A stretch of 44,042 nucleotides of DNA from Calditrichaceae bacterium. Its GTDB lineage: Bacteria > Calditrichota > Calditrichia > Calditrichales > JBFXGD01. Below are positions 20,301 through 30,000 of this stretch, one piece after another. The stretch spans positions 1-44,042 of the forward strand of contig JBFXGD010000011.1 of assembly GCA_050178385.1 (NCBI GenBank). Reading direction: 5' to 3'. Positions within the stretch are counted from its first letter, which is position 1; every line of letters starts with the position of its first letter. The notes under the pieces are model-generated. The model made no database searches. It was given only the letters and a program-made list of their open reading frames with translations, and had not been told where the DNA came from. A program made the position numbers and the translations under genes.

Positions 20301-20449
20301 TTGTCAGAATCTGATAAATCAGGATAACTGTTCTTAAAGTTATGCATGCTGAATATCGATTCTTCTTTGTGAAGGGGATTCACATCTAATTCACGTATTT
20401 TTTTTAATTCAGCTATAAGTTGTTTTTTAGATTTATTCTCATCGTCCAT
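17303..20449 (-). CDS. Soluble multi-PAS (about six) histidine kinase with phytochrome-type kinase module
   Basis: Repeated PAS/PAC ends (DITE, DFTERK, DISK), [42 protein letters not shown]. No TM segment evident. Confidence 0.92.
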   Translation of the reverse strand: MDDENKSKKQLIAELKKIRELDVNPLHKEESIFSMHNFKNSYPDLSDSDNNYQILIENAIDVLLILDNSHKLIFTSPSIKDVLGYNQEELLSKNLLDYIHSDDAPLATITFTESARTPGKINIEIYRFLSANKTWRTLRTKSKFLYDKSGEGKFIISCCDITEQVSAQSALLELHKNFIKFLTHIKFAAVMFDLTGKLTFVNEFICNLSGKKTNELIGTDFFELFPSEEQRKKFRKYLLDDRGGSESEFEIEILLNSGKKRLLTWSSTIIANSDSQITEIACIGKDITAGRQYEIALEQSEKKYRHLIENQTDLIIEVDIDNRFLYVSPSYCELFGKTENELLGNQFTPLLHEDDIENTIKSMESLYKPPYECLVEQRAMTKHGWRWIAWKDKTVLDDNGNIVAIVGVGRDFTERKLSEIALRESEERFRRLSEASFEGVLLTENGKILDANEQVTRISGYQHHELIGKDALEFIAPDYRELVRDNLIKQYEKPYEHLIKKKDGTTIVCETHGRPIPFNGRTVRVAAIRDISKHKHTEETLKKSKALLIEAQRIAHLGNWEWDIGKDKLNWSYEIYRIFGIEAEKFGGNSSAFMNFVHPDDRELVTKTLKSALSGENDYAIDHRIIRPDGTIRIVHEQAEVYFDSEHQPIRMVGTVQDITERKQIEIALEKSNKELEERVRERTGAVLDANVLLRDREEILRSMINAISESVILIKTDGTILAINNTFAQRLSKTPEEMAGKCIFDFILNDMRGIIKEHFNGVIYKGIPYRFEQTISGRLINISIYPVFNSAGEVNRLAVFGYDITERKNAEDEQKKTLSELKRSNDELEQFAYVASHDLQEPLRMVASYLQLLEKRYKDSLDEDARVFISYAVDGATRMKSLINDLLAYSRVGTRGNPFGPTDFHDAVDRALLNLQKKIEETHAVIEYENLPILMADFSQITRLFQNMIDNAIKFRGNANPKIKIEATQSGSSWIFTITDNGIGIAREYHERIFVIFQRLHSIKNYSGTGIGLAVCKKIVERHGGRIWLDSKNEGGTTFYFTIPSNL

Positions 20450-21079
20450 CAGGCAATCCGTATCCCGTGCTCAAGCCCTTGTTTGTCATTGATAAGCTCA
20501 TATAATATACAGATATTTTATGTCAATCAAGAAGACAAAACTCTTTATAATTAATGAATTCTGATACATGACAATACACAATTAGTTAACAAATATTTCA
20601 TTCATACTACACTCGGCAAATCAAGTCTATCGTTTAGAAAAATAATGAATTATGCTCAGGTTCTGATGGATAGTAACGAGTTCCTGAATATGAGTTCACT
20701 ATTGTTTTTTTATTTTGTCCGAAGAAGAAGCTTTAAAGATGTTTAAAAAATATATAGTTTGATCTAAACTTTATAATGATATAAATTTAAACTTTATGTT
20801 CGATTCATCTATCGAATTATACAGGCAATTAGAATAAACTGAAACTTTTAATGTAATTATACCAATTTTTAGTTCTTCATCCTTATTTCAGATCAGGATC
20901 ATATTTAAAAAGACAAGTCTCTATTTTCAGATAATTATATGATTGTTCATAATTATAGATAAAAATAAAATCAATGCAAACTTCCGACGTTATTTTATCT
21001 GAGATAATATAGGAAGAACATTTTTGATATATCATCGATAATTTTGAGAAACTCATTCAAGTATTTAAAGGTAATTGAC

Positions 21080-21095
21080 GATGATGATCATCATC
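21080..21095. repeat. Perfect 16-bp palindrome just upstream of an RBS
   Basis: GATGATGATCATCATC equals its own reverse complement; AAGGAG RBS follows at 21104-21109. Confidence 0.6.
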
Positions 21096-21117
21096 AAGAT
21101 CATAAGGAGAATATCAA

Positions 21118-21462
21118 ATGGCAAACATTCTCATCATGGAGGATGACTTCCAACATTTAGATTTACTGGTTGAAATTCTAAAATTTGCCGGACATAAGCC
21201 GTTTCCTGCTCAAAATACAGGTATCGCGCAAAAGGTTCTGGATGAAAATCAAATTGATTTTATTATCACGGATATTACGCTTCCCGGCATGTCCGGACTT
21301 GATTTTATGGAAGAATTACAAAAATCCGGGAAAAAGATTCCGTTTGTCGTCCTTACCGGGTCACTTGATCCCAGTGACGAAGAAAGGGCCAAGAAATTGA
21401 ATGTGAAAGCGTATTTTGTTAAACCGGTCGATCCGGAAAAATTACTGAATAGTCTAAAATGA
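21118..21462 (+). CDS. Single-domain response regulator (CheY-like)
   Basis: ILIMEDD, phospho-acceptor IITDITLPGMSG, VLTG, FVKP all intact. Confidence 0.9.
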   Translation: MANILIMEDDFQHLDLLVEILKFAGHKPFPAQNTGIAQKVLDENQIDFIITDITLPGMSGLDFMEELQKSGKKIPFVVLTGSLDPSDEERAKKLNVKAYFVKPVDPEKLLNSLK

Positions 21463-21466
21463 ATGA

Positions 21467-24175
21467 ATGGACATGGAACCAATAACAGAAGTGAATGAAA
21501 AAATTTCATTAAAAATACTGCAATATTTACTGGCTCTGCTTATCGTTTCAAGCCCGTTATTTATTATGGTATTTCAAATCTATAATGAATCGGATTCTGC
21601 TATAAAAAACGTTCTGACGACTCAGTTATCTTATGACGCGGGAAATTTAAATAAGCAGTTCGATGAACATCTCGAAAAGATAATTGATGATCTGAACCTA
21701 TTAACTGTGCCGGATGAAAATCCTCAGGACTCGATGCGCCAGATTCGATACTTTATCGATCATATGCCTGCGGTTCACAACATCAGCTACTTCTCAGCGG
21801 ACGGAAATCTTAAATTCTCTTCTACTAAAGCAAAGATTGAGTGGCAGACCAACCTTTTAAACAGGAACTGGTACCGCGAATTAATAAAGGATTGGAAACC
21901 GACCGTTTCATCCATTCACCAGTCACCGATCAGTCCTTTTCCCACAGTCATAGCAGTTGCCGCGCCAAAATCCATCCAAAACCAGATTAACGGCTTTTGG
22001 CTGATTTATCTGGATGTTTCAAAGGCCGAACAGCTTTTCCCCGTATTTGATCATAATGAAGATGGGAAATTTACGGTTTGGTTTGATAGTGAAGGCGAGA
22101 GTGTTAAAATGAGCCCGGGGGATAAAGATATTCCATCTCCGGAGTTAATTTCACAAAATCGCTGGTGGTTTAAGATTAATCAGACCCAATCAATCGATCA
22201 GGCATCCGGATTGGATATAACTTCTGTTGACGGAAAATTACAAAAGAATTTTCTTTATGGTACAAGCCGCAGTCAGTTTGGAAAGATTCAGGTGCTGGTT
22301 GTACAACAAGACAACGTTGCGGCCGCGCCGCTTTTTTCGCTTCGAAAAAGAACGCTCCTTCTGGCAATTATACTGCAGTTAATACTTCTGATTGCCACAA
22401 TATATCTCATGTTTAAGTGGCGCAGGCGAAAAGATGAACTTGAAGGTTACCGGCTTCAGTCGCAGGAATTACAAAATCTGAATATTCTTCTTGAAACACG
22501 TACATCGGATCTAACTGAAACCAACGAAAAACTCGATCAACTGACCGGAGAGCTTTCTTCTCAGAAAAATGAGTTGTTAAAGTCTCATAATCAACTGGAA
22601 CGTATGATGAAATTTCTTAATTTCCTCACCGTGCCGGTCGTAGCGGTTAATGAAGATCTTACGATAGATTTTGCAAATAAATCTGCAGAGAGACATTTCG
22701 GATATTCAAGTGAAAATATTACCAAAAAACCGCTTACAGATATTCTTAAGCCTACAAATCTAATTGAATTTTTAGGGTTTTTGGAAGGTGTGAAATCAGA
22801 TTTCCAAACGGGTGAATTTCAGATATCGATTCAGGAAGAGAAGGGATTAAAACATTTTTTGACTGATTGCACATATTTGAATTTATCCGATTGGAACGGG
22901 TATCTGATGACGCTGACGGAATTAACTCAGATACTTGAATTGCAGAATAATATAAAAGCACAAAATCTGTTCCTGAATAAATCCGCGCAGATTGTACAGG
23001 CATTCCTCAATGTGGATAAACGGTCGGAAGTAATTGAAGATACTCTCGCGATCCTGAAAGAATTTTCGGGGGCAAAAGAGACGTATTTTTATGAATTGAA
23101 CGGAAACGCCCTCAATCTGAAAACAAAACTATCCGCCGGCCGCAATCAACTTGATCAAAAACTTCTGGTCCAGAACAGTATTACCGGAAGCGCGCTGCTG
23201 AACGGACAAACATCCATTATAAAAACCAAATCATCCATTCCTGAAAATTCGAACGTGACAGAAAAGGGGTGGTCATTTGAGTCGGCTATATTTAAACCGC
23301 TTGTGATTAACAGCAAGGGAATCGGAGTTTTGGTTTTTATCAATCCGAATTCAGAAATTATTGAAAATTATGAATCCACACTCGCCCGGCTGCTATCGCA
23401 TTTTGAAATTGGCTTCAGCAATCTTTTCCTTTTTGACTCACTTAAACAAAAAAACATGGAACTGGATCAGAGTACAACATACAGGCTTCATTTATTAAGA
23501 ACAATTACTCACGGATTACGCACACCTTTAAGTACCATCAAGGGATACACCAGGCTGATGAGTCTGAAGTTTAATTCTTTTCTGAAAAAGGATCCGGGTT
23601 TAATTAATTATATGAGTAAGCTCGATCGTGGTATCGATGACATGGAACGTCATATTTTTATATATCTTGATCTTGCCCGAATGAACAGGAATGATCTCAA
23701 ATTTGAGATGGGGGAAGTGTCAAAAGAAGAATTTTTCACTCCTATCATTAATTTCCTGAATGAAGAAGCTGCCGGACGTTCTACAAAACTGACCGTTTCA
23801 GGCACCGAAAGTTTCCCGGAAAAAATGTTCGTGGACATACGCCGGTTTTATCTCTCGGTACAAACCATTTGCCTCAACGCGGTCCGGTTTGCTCCTGCGG
23901 GAGACGATATCCTTATGAATTTCGGCGTTAGAAATAACTCGCTTCTTATTACGTTTGAAGATCATGGACCGAGAATTCTGGATGAACATATTTCCTTGAT
24001 TGGCTCTGAATTCCTGCCATCTTCGCTCACAGAGGCAAGAATACATTTTGGCAATAACCTTTTTATGGCCTGGGCTGTAAAAGTAATTCGTCTTGCAGGC
24101 GGAGCGCTGGAAATAGAAAGTGATAATATAAGAACCGTTCACAAAATAACATTACCGATAAAAATATTAAACTGA
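21467..24175 (+). CDS. Membrane sensor kinase-like protein (TM-Cache-like-TM-coiled coil-PAS-GAF-HisKA-degenerate HATPase)
   Basis: Two TM helices flank a periplasmic domain (RNWYRELIK...VSSIH...AVAAP). PAS (FANKSAERHFGYS), GAF-like segment, H-box THGLRTPL. G1 reads DHGPRI and G2 reads FGNNLFM, both degenerate. Confidence 0.75.
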   Translation: MDMEPITEVNEKISLKILQYLLALLIVSSPLFIMVFQIYNESDSAIKNVLTTQLSYDAGNLNKQFDEHLEKIIDDLNLLTVPDENPQDSMRQIRYFIDHMPAVHNISYFSADGNLKFSSTKAKIEWQTNLLNRNWYRELIKDWKPTVSSIHQSPISPFPTVIAVAAPKSIQNQINGFWLIYLDVSKAEQLFPVFDHNEDGKFTVWFDSEGESVKMSPGDKDIPSPELISQNRWWFKINQTQSIDQASGLDITSVDGKLQKNFLYGTSRSQFGKIQVLVVQQDNVAAAPLFSLRKRTLLLAIILQLILLIATIYLMFKWRRRKDELEGYRLQSQELQNLNILLETRTSDLTETNEKLDQLTGELSSQKNELLKSHNQLERMMKFLNFLTVPVVAVNEDLTIDFANKSAERHFGYSSENITKKPLTDILKPTNLIEFLGFLEGVKSDFQTGEFQISIQEEKGLKHFLTDCTYLNLSDWNGYLMTLTELTQILELQNNIKAQNLFLNKSAQIVQAFLNVDKRSEVIEDTLAILKEFSGAKETYFYELNGNALNLKTKLSAGRNQLDQKLLVQNSITGSALLNGQTSIIKTKSSIPENSNVTEKGWSFESAIFKPLVINSKGIGVLVFINPNSEIIENYESTLARLLSHFEIGFSNLFLFDSLKQKNMELDQSTTYRLHLLRTITHGLRTPLSTIKGYTRLMSLKFNSFLKKDPGLINYMSKLDRGIDDMERHIFIYLDLARMNRNDLKFEMGEVSKEEFFTPIINFLNEEAAGRSTKLTVSGTESFPEKMFVDIRRFYLSVQTICLNAVRFAPAGDDILMNFGVRNNSLLITFEDHGPRILDEHISLIGSEFLPSSLTEARIHFGNNLFMAWAVKVIRLAGGALEIESDNIRTVHKITLPIKILN

Positions 24176-27100
24176 TGAAATTAAATAGACATAATTTCTA
24201 CCGGATCTTACTTCTATTGGTCCTCTCGTTTCAGTTTTCACCGGCCCAATCCGTGCGTTACAAAATCATGCAGTTCGACACACTGGGTCAGGTGCTGACC
24301 ACCACTTTCCGTGAATCTCTGCAGGATAACCCTGAAAATGTTCTCGTCCTTTATAATATCAACTACCTGGTTGACGAGAATAAAAACAACATCTGGGACG
24401 GGTACGAAATAGCCAGTTATTATGTGGAAAAGAGGGGCATACCCGGGACAAATCTTGTCGGAATAAAAGCGCCGGTTAATTCTGAAATCAGCCGGGCTGA
24501 ATATGATTCTTACTATGACGAAACTGGTAAAATTGTCGGAATACGTCAGCAGGTTGAAAATATTCTGAACACTGTTTATGACGATCAGGGAAGTTCGCTG
24601 AGAAGCAAAATAAAATATATCGTTCTGACAAGAGGCATACCCCACAGGATCAGGGCATACGAAACCAGTGATTATTATTATGCCGATTACAGTTCTGTTG
24701 ACGCGGCGCTTAGCATGGTTTTTAACGGTAATTACAGCATCAATGGAAGGATTGAGAATCCCTATTTCAGGCAAGACCCGGCTTTTGAAGGGACCTCTCC
24801 ATTTGTTCCGGAATTTTATACAAATACATTCGGTAACCGTCTGAGTTTTCTGGTGTCCCGTCTTGACGGTTATTCCGTCAGTGATGTCAAAACAATGATA
24901 AAAAAGGGAATTGAAGCCGATACGGAGAGTCAGTATCATTCATTTGTTGTTGATGACGCGCAAAAATACTATGACAGGATGGACCGTGCGTATCTGAATT
25001 TAAAAAATCTCGGCGCATCAGTATATCCCGATCCCTGGGCTGATGATCCTGAACCCATTACGTCCATTGCCGATTCCGTCGCGGGAATCGTGACCCATGG
25101 TGTTTATGCGGGACTTGATCCGGATTACCTGCTTACCCAATTTAATTTTAAACTAGGCAAAGGCGCGATATTTTCCAGCTATGAATCCTACAATGGCGTC
25201 AGTTTTTCCACAAATGTGAAAATGGGGCAGGGACAGGTTTCTGATTTTATCCGGAGCGGCGGTTCAGGTGGTGTGGGAAATGTTTATGAGCCGTATTCAT
25301 CAGGTATTGCGGATGAATCTGTTCTTTTTCCGGCTTATTTCAAAGGGTATACGTTTGCGGAAGCCGCTTATATGTCTCTGCCATATTTGGACTGGACGAG
25401 TATTGTGGTGGGTGATCCGCTGATGCGCATAGGACCAGAAATTTCTCCGCTCGCTGTCGATGAATTCAGAATTGTTGCTTTCTCGCCGGAATTAAACAAG
25501 TCCAATCAGGCGGTCACCACAGTGGCTGAAATCGTATTTTCGGATTATATAGACGCGAATCGTTTACCGGCTTTTATTCTTTCCACTACTTCTGATACGC
25601 TGAGGTCCTACACGGACGGCAATTTCCTGTATTTATGGACTCAAAATCCGCTTCCTCCCGGCACAACCGTCGAGTATCGCGGTACAGGGCCTGTATATTC
25701 TGTTGCCGGAGATTCGATCCTGACAACAACAATGGCAAAGTTCACAACGAATATCTTGTCGGAACAGGCCGATTCCCCTGTAGTTTACAGAAGTTTTCCA
25801 TCCGGAATTGATGTACACCAGAATTCTGATTTACGTGTGTTTTTCTCTCAATCCATGGCTCCGGAAACAATCTATCCGCTGTTTGGAGAACCAAAAGTAG
25901 CCCAAACACATTCCTGGAATGACAACCGTATTCTGACCGTGACTCATGAATCATTTCTTCCGGCGACCCGGTACTATTTTTATATCGATGAACACGCAAA
26001 ATCAGCAGATCTTATCCAGCTGGCGCAAAAATATAACTTCACTTTTGAAACGGAGTATAATTTTATTGCATTTGATCTGGATAATGATAATTATCCCGAG
26101 TACGCGCATAATCTGAACCAGACATTACTCGACGGTTATGAGGTTTATGCCGATTCAGGCGGTGTTGAAACAAGTTTGCTGGACAGCTCGAACATTAACA
26201 ACGACAATCAGAAAGAATTTTTTATCAAAATCAGACAGAATCCTTATCCTTCCTATTTCTGGGATCCGGGTGCTATTCCATACACAGGTTATATCGCTTC
26301 CTGCGTACCCATCGATGATGATGAGGACAGCACGCTGGAGTATGCTTTTGATGAAAACGGCAGCGGGTTTTACACCAAAGTGTATGATTTGAATGATGTA
26401 AACCGTGTCCGGGATATAAAATTTGTTCAATTTAAATCGGTTCCTCAAAATAATGCGCAAAATGTGAGTCTGACTCCGAGTATTGAACTCGAATTTTCTT
26501 ACCCGGTTGATTTTAACTCGGTGGAAAATAATATTCAGATATCACCCGAAGTTGTATTTCAGAGTATTCAGAATGATTTGAACGGAAGAAAAATTATTAT
26601 TCATCCGGCGGATTCTCTTCAGACAATGACTGTTTACACGATCACCATCCTTGACGGTCTGAGTTCGATCAAAGGAGAAAAACTGCCTCATGATTATAAT
26701 ATTTCCTTTACAACTGTTGATGAAACTCCCGTGATCGCTCCCGAGGTTATTTCTTTCTATCCGGGTGATTCTCTCAGGGCGATTGACAATTCACCGACAG
26801 TGCGGTTTATCTTTTCATCGGGAATGAATACAAACACCAGGTTTCCGGTTATAGCCGATACATCTACCGGTATCTTCTGGAATTATCTGTGGGCGAATGA
26901 ATTCACTTTGTATCTATTCCCGGCCGAACAGTTAAGAGATACCACAACATACAGTTTTAAAATTTCTGCTGAATTGAATGGAAAAAATGGTCTTCCGGTT
27001 GAAGGTAAGACCAGCTTCAGTTTTATATCCGGGTTAAAATCCGCTGATCATCAGCAACCATCCGTGCTGCAGGCTCTTCCTCCAACCGGTAAACAGATAT

Positions 27101-30000
27101 CGGCGGACTCGAAGATCAGATTAATCTTTTCTGAATGGCTGGCTACCGCTCCGGAAACATGGTTGACCACCGCGGTTACCAACTATGAACAGGATTACCA
27201 ATGGTCGGCTTATGGACAAAATATGTTCACTATCGAAGGTTATCCGGTATGGAAACCGCAGTCCGCTTTGCAGCTGGCGATTGACGGCACAGAGGCGCGT
27301 GATAATAACCATAATACAATGCTGCAGGATTATCAGTTTAATTACTTTGTACTCGATGCCATTATTGCCCGTGATATTGATAATGACGGAATTGAAGAGT
27401 TTGTTGTTGATCAGAATAACAATCTGACCGATGGTCTGGAATTTTATCAGGATCCGGGCGGGATTATTACGGAAGCTGTGTTTGCGGGTGATATTGACGG
27501 TGACAAATTTTTTGATTTTCTGATCAAGGATTCAACCGGTACAGTTCTTCTTTCATGGTTCCCCGTAAAATCAGATTCCGGTATCATCGGCTTTACAGAA
27601 CAAACATCTGATTCCAGCTATGACATATCCGTGGATGAGGATGACCTGGTGGAAGTTACGGTTTATCCTGTCTCCAAACAGGTTAAACCGGTAATTCCGA
27701 AATTGCGTAAATATGATCCTCCCAATGCAACCGATGATGTGCTGCCGTTCACTCCTTTGATGTTGGAGTTTAATACCGGTATGGACGCGTTTAGTGTCGC
27801 TCAGGCGGTACAGATCAATCCATTGCTTTCCGGAAAATGGACACGTGAGAATAATTCTTCAGTCTTTAAATTTACTTCATCCGCCGGCTGGAGTCCATCT
27901 ATAATCTATGAAATAAACCTGACACCGGATTATTTAGCCGCAAACGGACAGCAGGGGACTGAATCAGTGACATTTTCGTTCCGGTCTTCGGATGTGGTGG
28001 TAGAACCGGGTGAAATAAGCTGGCAATTCCCTGAGGCGGGAGAAACCGTTCATTCACAATCAAATTACTATTTCGCCTTTACATCCCCGGCAGATACAAC
28101 ATACTTGCCTTCATTCGCAGTGATACAAAATCTCAAAAGTTTACAGGCGACAGGCCATTGGTTGTCTGATACGCTTCTCGAAGTAGTATCACCATCCGAT
28201 TTGAAATCCGGATCACTTACGCTGTTATCGGAAGGGAAAATAAGATTTTTTGCAGCTCCCGAACTGGATTTCAACAGTGTTACGCCATTTCAAATTCAGG
28301 ATACACTTGAATTCAAACTAAAACAGGTCCTGTTTGAAAGAGGAACAAGCGCGCCGGTGAATCAGAGCTACCCAATCATTTTCAATCAGCCGGCGGATGA
28401 AGCCTCGTCTGGTAATATTGGACTTTACAAGGTTGTTCAATCCGATACCCAACAAGTAATGACGACTTTATTGACCAGACGGAATTTTATTCAGTTAAAT
28501 TCTGATAAGCTGGATTATAGCAGCGAATATTTTTTGAAATTATCCGCTGACCTGGCCGGCATTTCCGGCAAGAAACTGGGCATGGATACCACCTTCGCGT
28601 TTACGACAGAAAAATTATTCACACTTTCAACAGATCAGCTGAAGTGGAATCAGGTGGATAAATTCTTTGTTGTTTCATGGCCCATTGCAACTTCGAAAGC
28701 CGACAGGTTTGAGATTTACTTAAGCGAAACATTTGCGGAGAAACCGGATACCCTCAATTTCAGCAATCTTTATAATCGTACTGTTAATCCATCATGGGTG
28801 TTTGATCTTCAAAGCCTGGATGAAAAGGCATACATCTTTGTCAGACTCCTGAAGAATGAGCGGTCATATTGGTCAAAACCCGCGGTTCTGCTAAACAGTC
28901 AGGCAGATAATGGCGGTCTGGTATCATTCCCGAATACAGAAACTCTGAACGTAAGTATTATGTCTCCGGATCCAGATTATTTCAGTTCGCTTTCTGTTTG
29001 GGATGCTTCGGTGCCCGGCTGGCGATCATCAAAATTTATTTCTCAGACCGGAAGATGGAGTACGGATTTTGAACTCGCGCAGGGGAAAGGGGTGATGCTT
29101 AAGTCGGCCCGTTCCGGGCGCGCCGGATATATGCAGTCACTGTCTGATACACTCAGAATCAAGGAAAATAATTATCCTGATAAAAGATACCGCTCTGTTT
29201 TCAATCCAATCGCTTCTGCTTCGGCCGGTGATCTTGCCGATCTGTTTGGCGACGCCGGGAGGATCGTTGTCTGGGATAATTCTGGACAGGGTTGGAATGA
29301 AGCGGTTTATGACACAGTCACAGGCAGTTGGATTAATAATTATGAAATCGGTCATTTAGAACCGTTTTATGTCTATACTTCACAGGGATTTGAAATTGAA
29401 GTCTCCGGCCAAACGGTTATTACCAAAAAAATGGATAAAAAGACAGGAAATATCCTGTCTAAATCATCTTCTGAGAATAGTTTTCCGAGTCTGACGAATC
29501 TGATCAGATTTGAGGAAACCGTTTACCGGATCGAAGTATATGAGAATGAAATGCCGCGCTCCGCGGTAACCGGATGCGGAATCGATACAGCGGCAAATGT
29601 AGCATTTATAAACAGGGGTAATCTGGATCCGTCAAAAAGCTGGAAATTTATTTTCTTTGATCTTGAAAATAATATGATTTCAGAGTATGAAATAGCATCT
29701 TCGGCACAGGACGACCTCATCATTCCGGATAAATTTGCAATTAGCGCGCCTTATCCAAACCCGTTCAACGGTCAGATAAGTGTACCGCTTCAAATACCGG
29801 CTCCGGGAGACGTGAAAATAAAAATCTATAATATTCTCGGACAGCTTGTAAAAAGTGATAATGTAAAAATTCAGCAGCCGCAAATATACATATATAAATG
29901 GAATACGGGTGCCGGCACACCCGTCGCATCAGGGGTTTACCTAATCCGCGCTGGATTTAATGAGCAGTTCGATATCAAAAAAGTGATTCTGATAAAATGA
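24175..30000 (+). CDS. Giant secreted protein: TIGR03790-like N-domain, about eight Big_5-like Ig domains, two acidic DxDxDG modules and a C-terminal T9SS/FlgD-like sorting domain
   Basis: Signal peptide. ENVLVLYN, YYVEKRGIP, YIVL, NPYF, SRLDG, GNVYEP, FAEAAY, WTSIVVGDPL. Ig repeats of the form P...V......L.F...(M/V)D...FTT. C-terminal PYPNPFN...IYNILGQLV...ASGVYLIR...KKVILIK. Confidence 0.8.
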   Translation: MKLNRHNFYRILLLLVLSFQFSPAQSVRYKIMQFDTLGQVLTTTFRESLQDNPENVLVLYNINYLVDENKNNIWDGYEIASYYVEKRGIPGTNLVGIKAPVNSEISRAEYDSYYDETGKIVGIRQQVENILNTVYDDQGSSLRSKIKYIVLTRGIPHRIRAYETSDYYYADYSSVDAALSMVFNGNYSINGRIENPYFRQDPAFEGTSPFVPEFYTNTFGNRLSFLVSRLDGYSVSDVKTMIKKGIEADTESQYHSFVVDDAQKYYDRMDRAYLNLKNLGASVYPDPWADDPEPITSIADSVAGIVTHGVYAGLDPDYLLTQFNFKLGKGAIFSSYESYNGVSFSTNVKMGQGQVSDFIRSGGSGGVGNVYEPYSSGIADESVLFPAYFKGYTFAEAAYMSLPYLDWTSIVVGDPLMRIGPEISPLAVDEFRIVAFSPELNKSNQAVTTVAEIVFSDYIDANRLPAFILSTTSDTLRSYTDGNFLYLWTQNPLPPGTTVEYRGTGPVYSVAGDSILTTTMAKFTTNILSEQADSPVVYRSFPSGIDVHQNSDLRVFFSQSMAPETIYPLFGEPKVAQTHSWNDNRILTVTHESFLPATRYYFYIDEHAKSADLIQLAQKYNFTFETEYNFIAFDLDNDNYPEYAHNLNQTLLDGYEVYADSGGVETSLLDSSNINNDNQKEFFIKIRQNPYPSYFWDPGAIPYTGYIASCVPIDDDEDSTLEYAFDENGSGFYTKVYDLNDVNRVRDIKFVQFKSVPQNNAQNVSLTPSIELEFSYPVDFNSVENNIQISPEVVFQSIQNDLNGRKIIIHPADSLQTMTVYTITILDGLSSIKGEKLPHDYNISFTTVDETPVIAPEVISFYPGDSLRAIDNSPTVRFIFSSGMNTNTRFPVIADTSTGIFWNYLWANEFTLYLFPAEQLRDTTTYSFKISAELNGKNGLPVEGKTSFSFISGLKSADHQQPSVLQALPPTGKQISADSKIRLIFSEWLATAPETWLTTAVTNYEQDYQWSAYGQNMFTIEGYPVWKPQSALQLAIDGTEARDNNHNTMLQDYQFNYFVLDAIIARDIDNDGIEEFVVDQNNNLTDGLEFYQDPGGIITEAVFAGDIDGDKFFDFLIKDSTGTVLLSWFPVKSDSGIIGFTEQTSDSSYDISVDEDDLVEVTVYPVSKQVKPVIPKLRKYDPPNATDDVLPFTPLMLEFNTGMDAFSVAQAVQINPLLSGKWTRENNSSVFKFTSSAGWSPSIIYEINLTPDYLAANGQQGTESVTFSFRSSDVVVEPGEISWQFPEAGETVHSQSNYYFAFTSPADTTYLPSFAVIQNLKSLQATGHWLSDTLLEVVSPSDLKSGSLTLLSEGKIRFFAAPELDFNSVTPFQIQDTLEFKLKQVLFERGTSAPVNQSYPIIFNQPADEASSGNIGLYKVVQSDTQQVMTTLLTRRNFIQLNSDKLDYSSEYFLKLSADLAGISGKKLGMDTTFAFTTEKLFTLSTDQLKWNQVDKFFVVSWPIATSKADRFEIYLSETFAEKPDTLNFSNLYNRTVNPSWVFDLQSLDEKAYIFVRLLKNERSYWSKPAVLLNSQADNGGLVSFPNTETLNVSIMSPDPDYFSSLSVWDASVPGWRSSKFISQTGRWSTDFELAQGKGVMLKSARSGRAGYMQSLSDTLRIKENNYPDKRYRSVFNPIASASAGDLADLFGDAGRIVVWDNSGQGWNEAVYDTVTGSWINNYEIGHLEPFYVYTSQGFEIEVSGQTVITKKMDKKTGNILSKSSSENSFPSLTNLIRFEETVYRIEVYENEMPRSAVTGCGIDTAANVAFINRGNLDPSKSWKFIFFDLENNMISEYEIASSAQDDLIIPDKFAISAPYPNPFNGQISVPLQIPAPGDVKIKIYNILGQLVKSDNVKIQQPQIYIYKWNTGAGTPVASGVYLIRAGFNEQFDIKKVILIK

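Noticed and set aside
21075..21103. TTGACG-N17-GATCAT as a sigma70 promoter
   Set aside because: Poor -10 element, and the start site would fall downstream of the RBS.
24238..24939. 233-aa minus-strand ORF and the other short antisense or out-of-frame ORFs in the track
   Set aside because: They lie largely within well-supported genes and show no family motifs.
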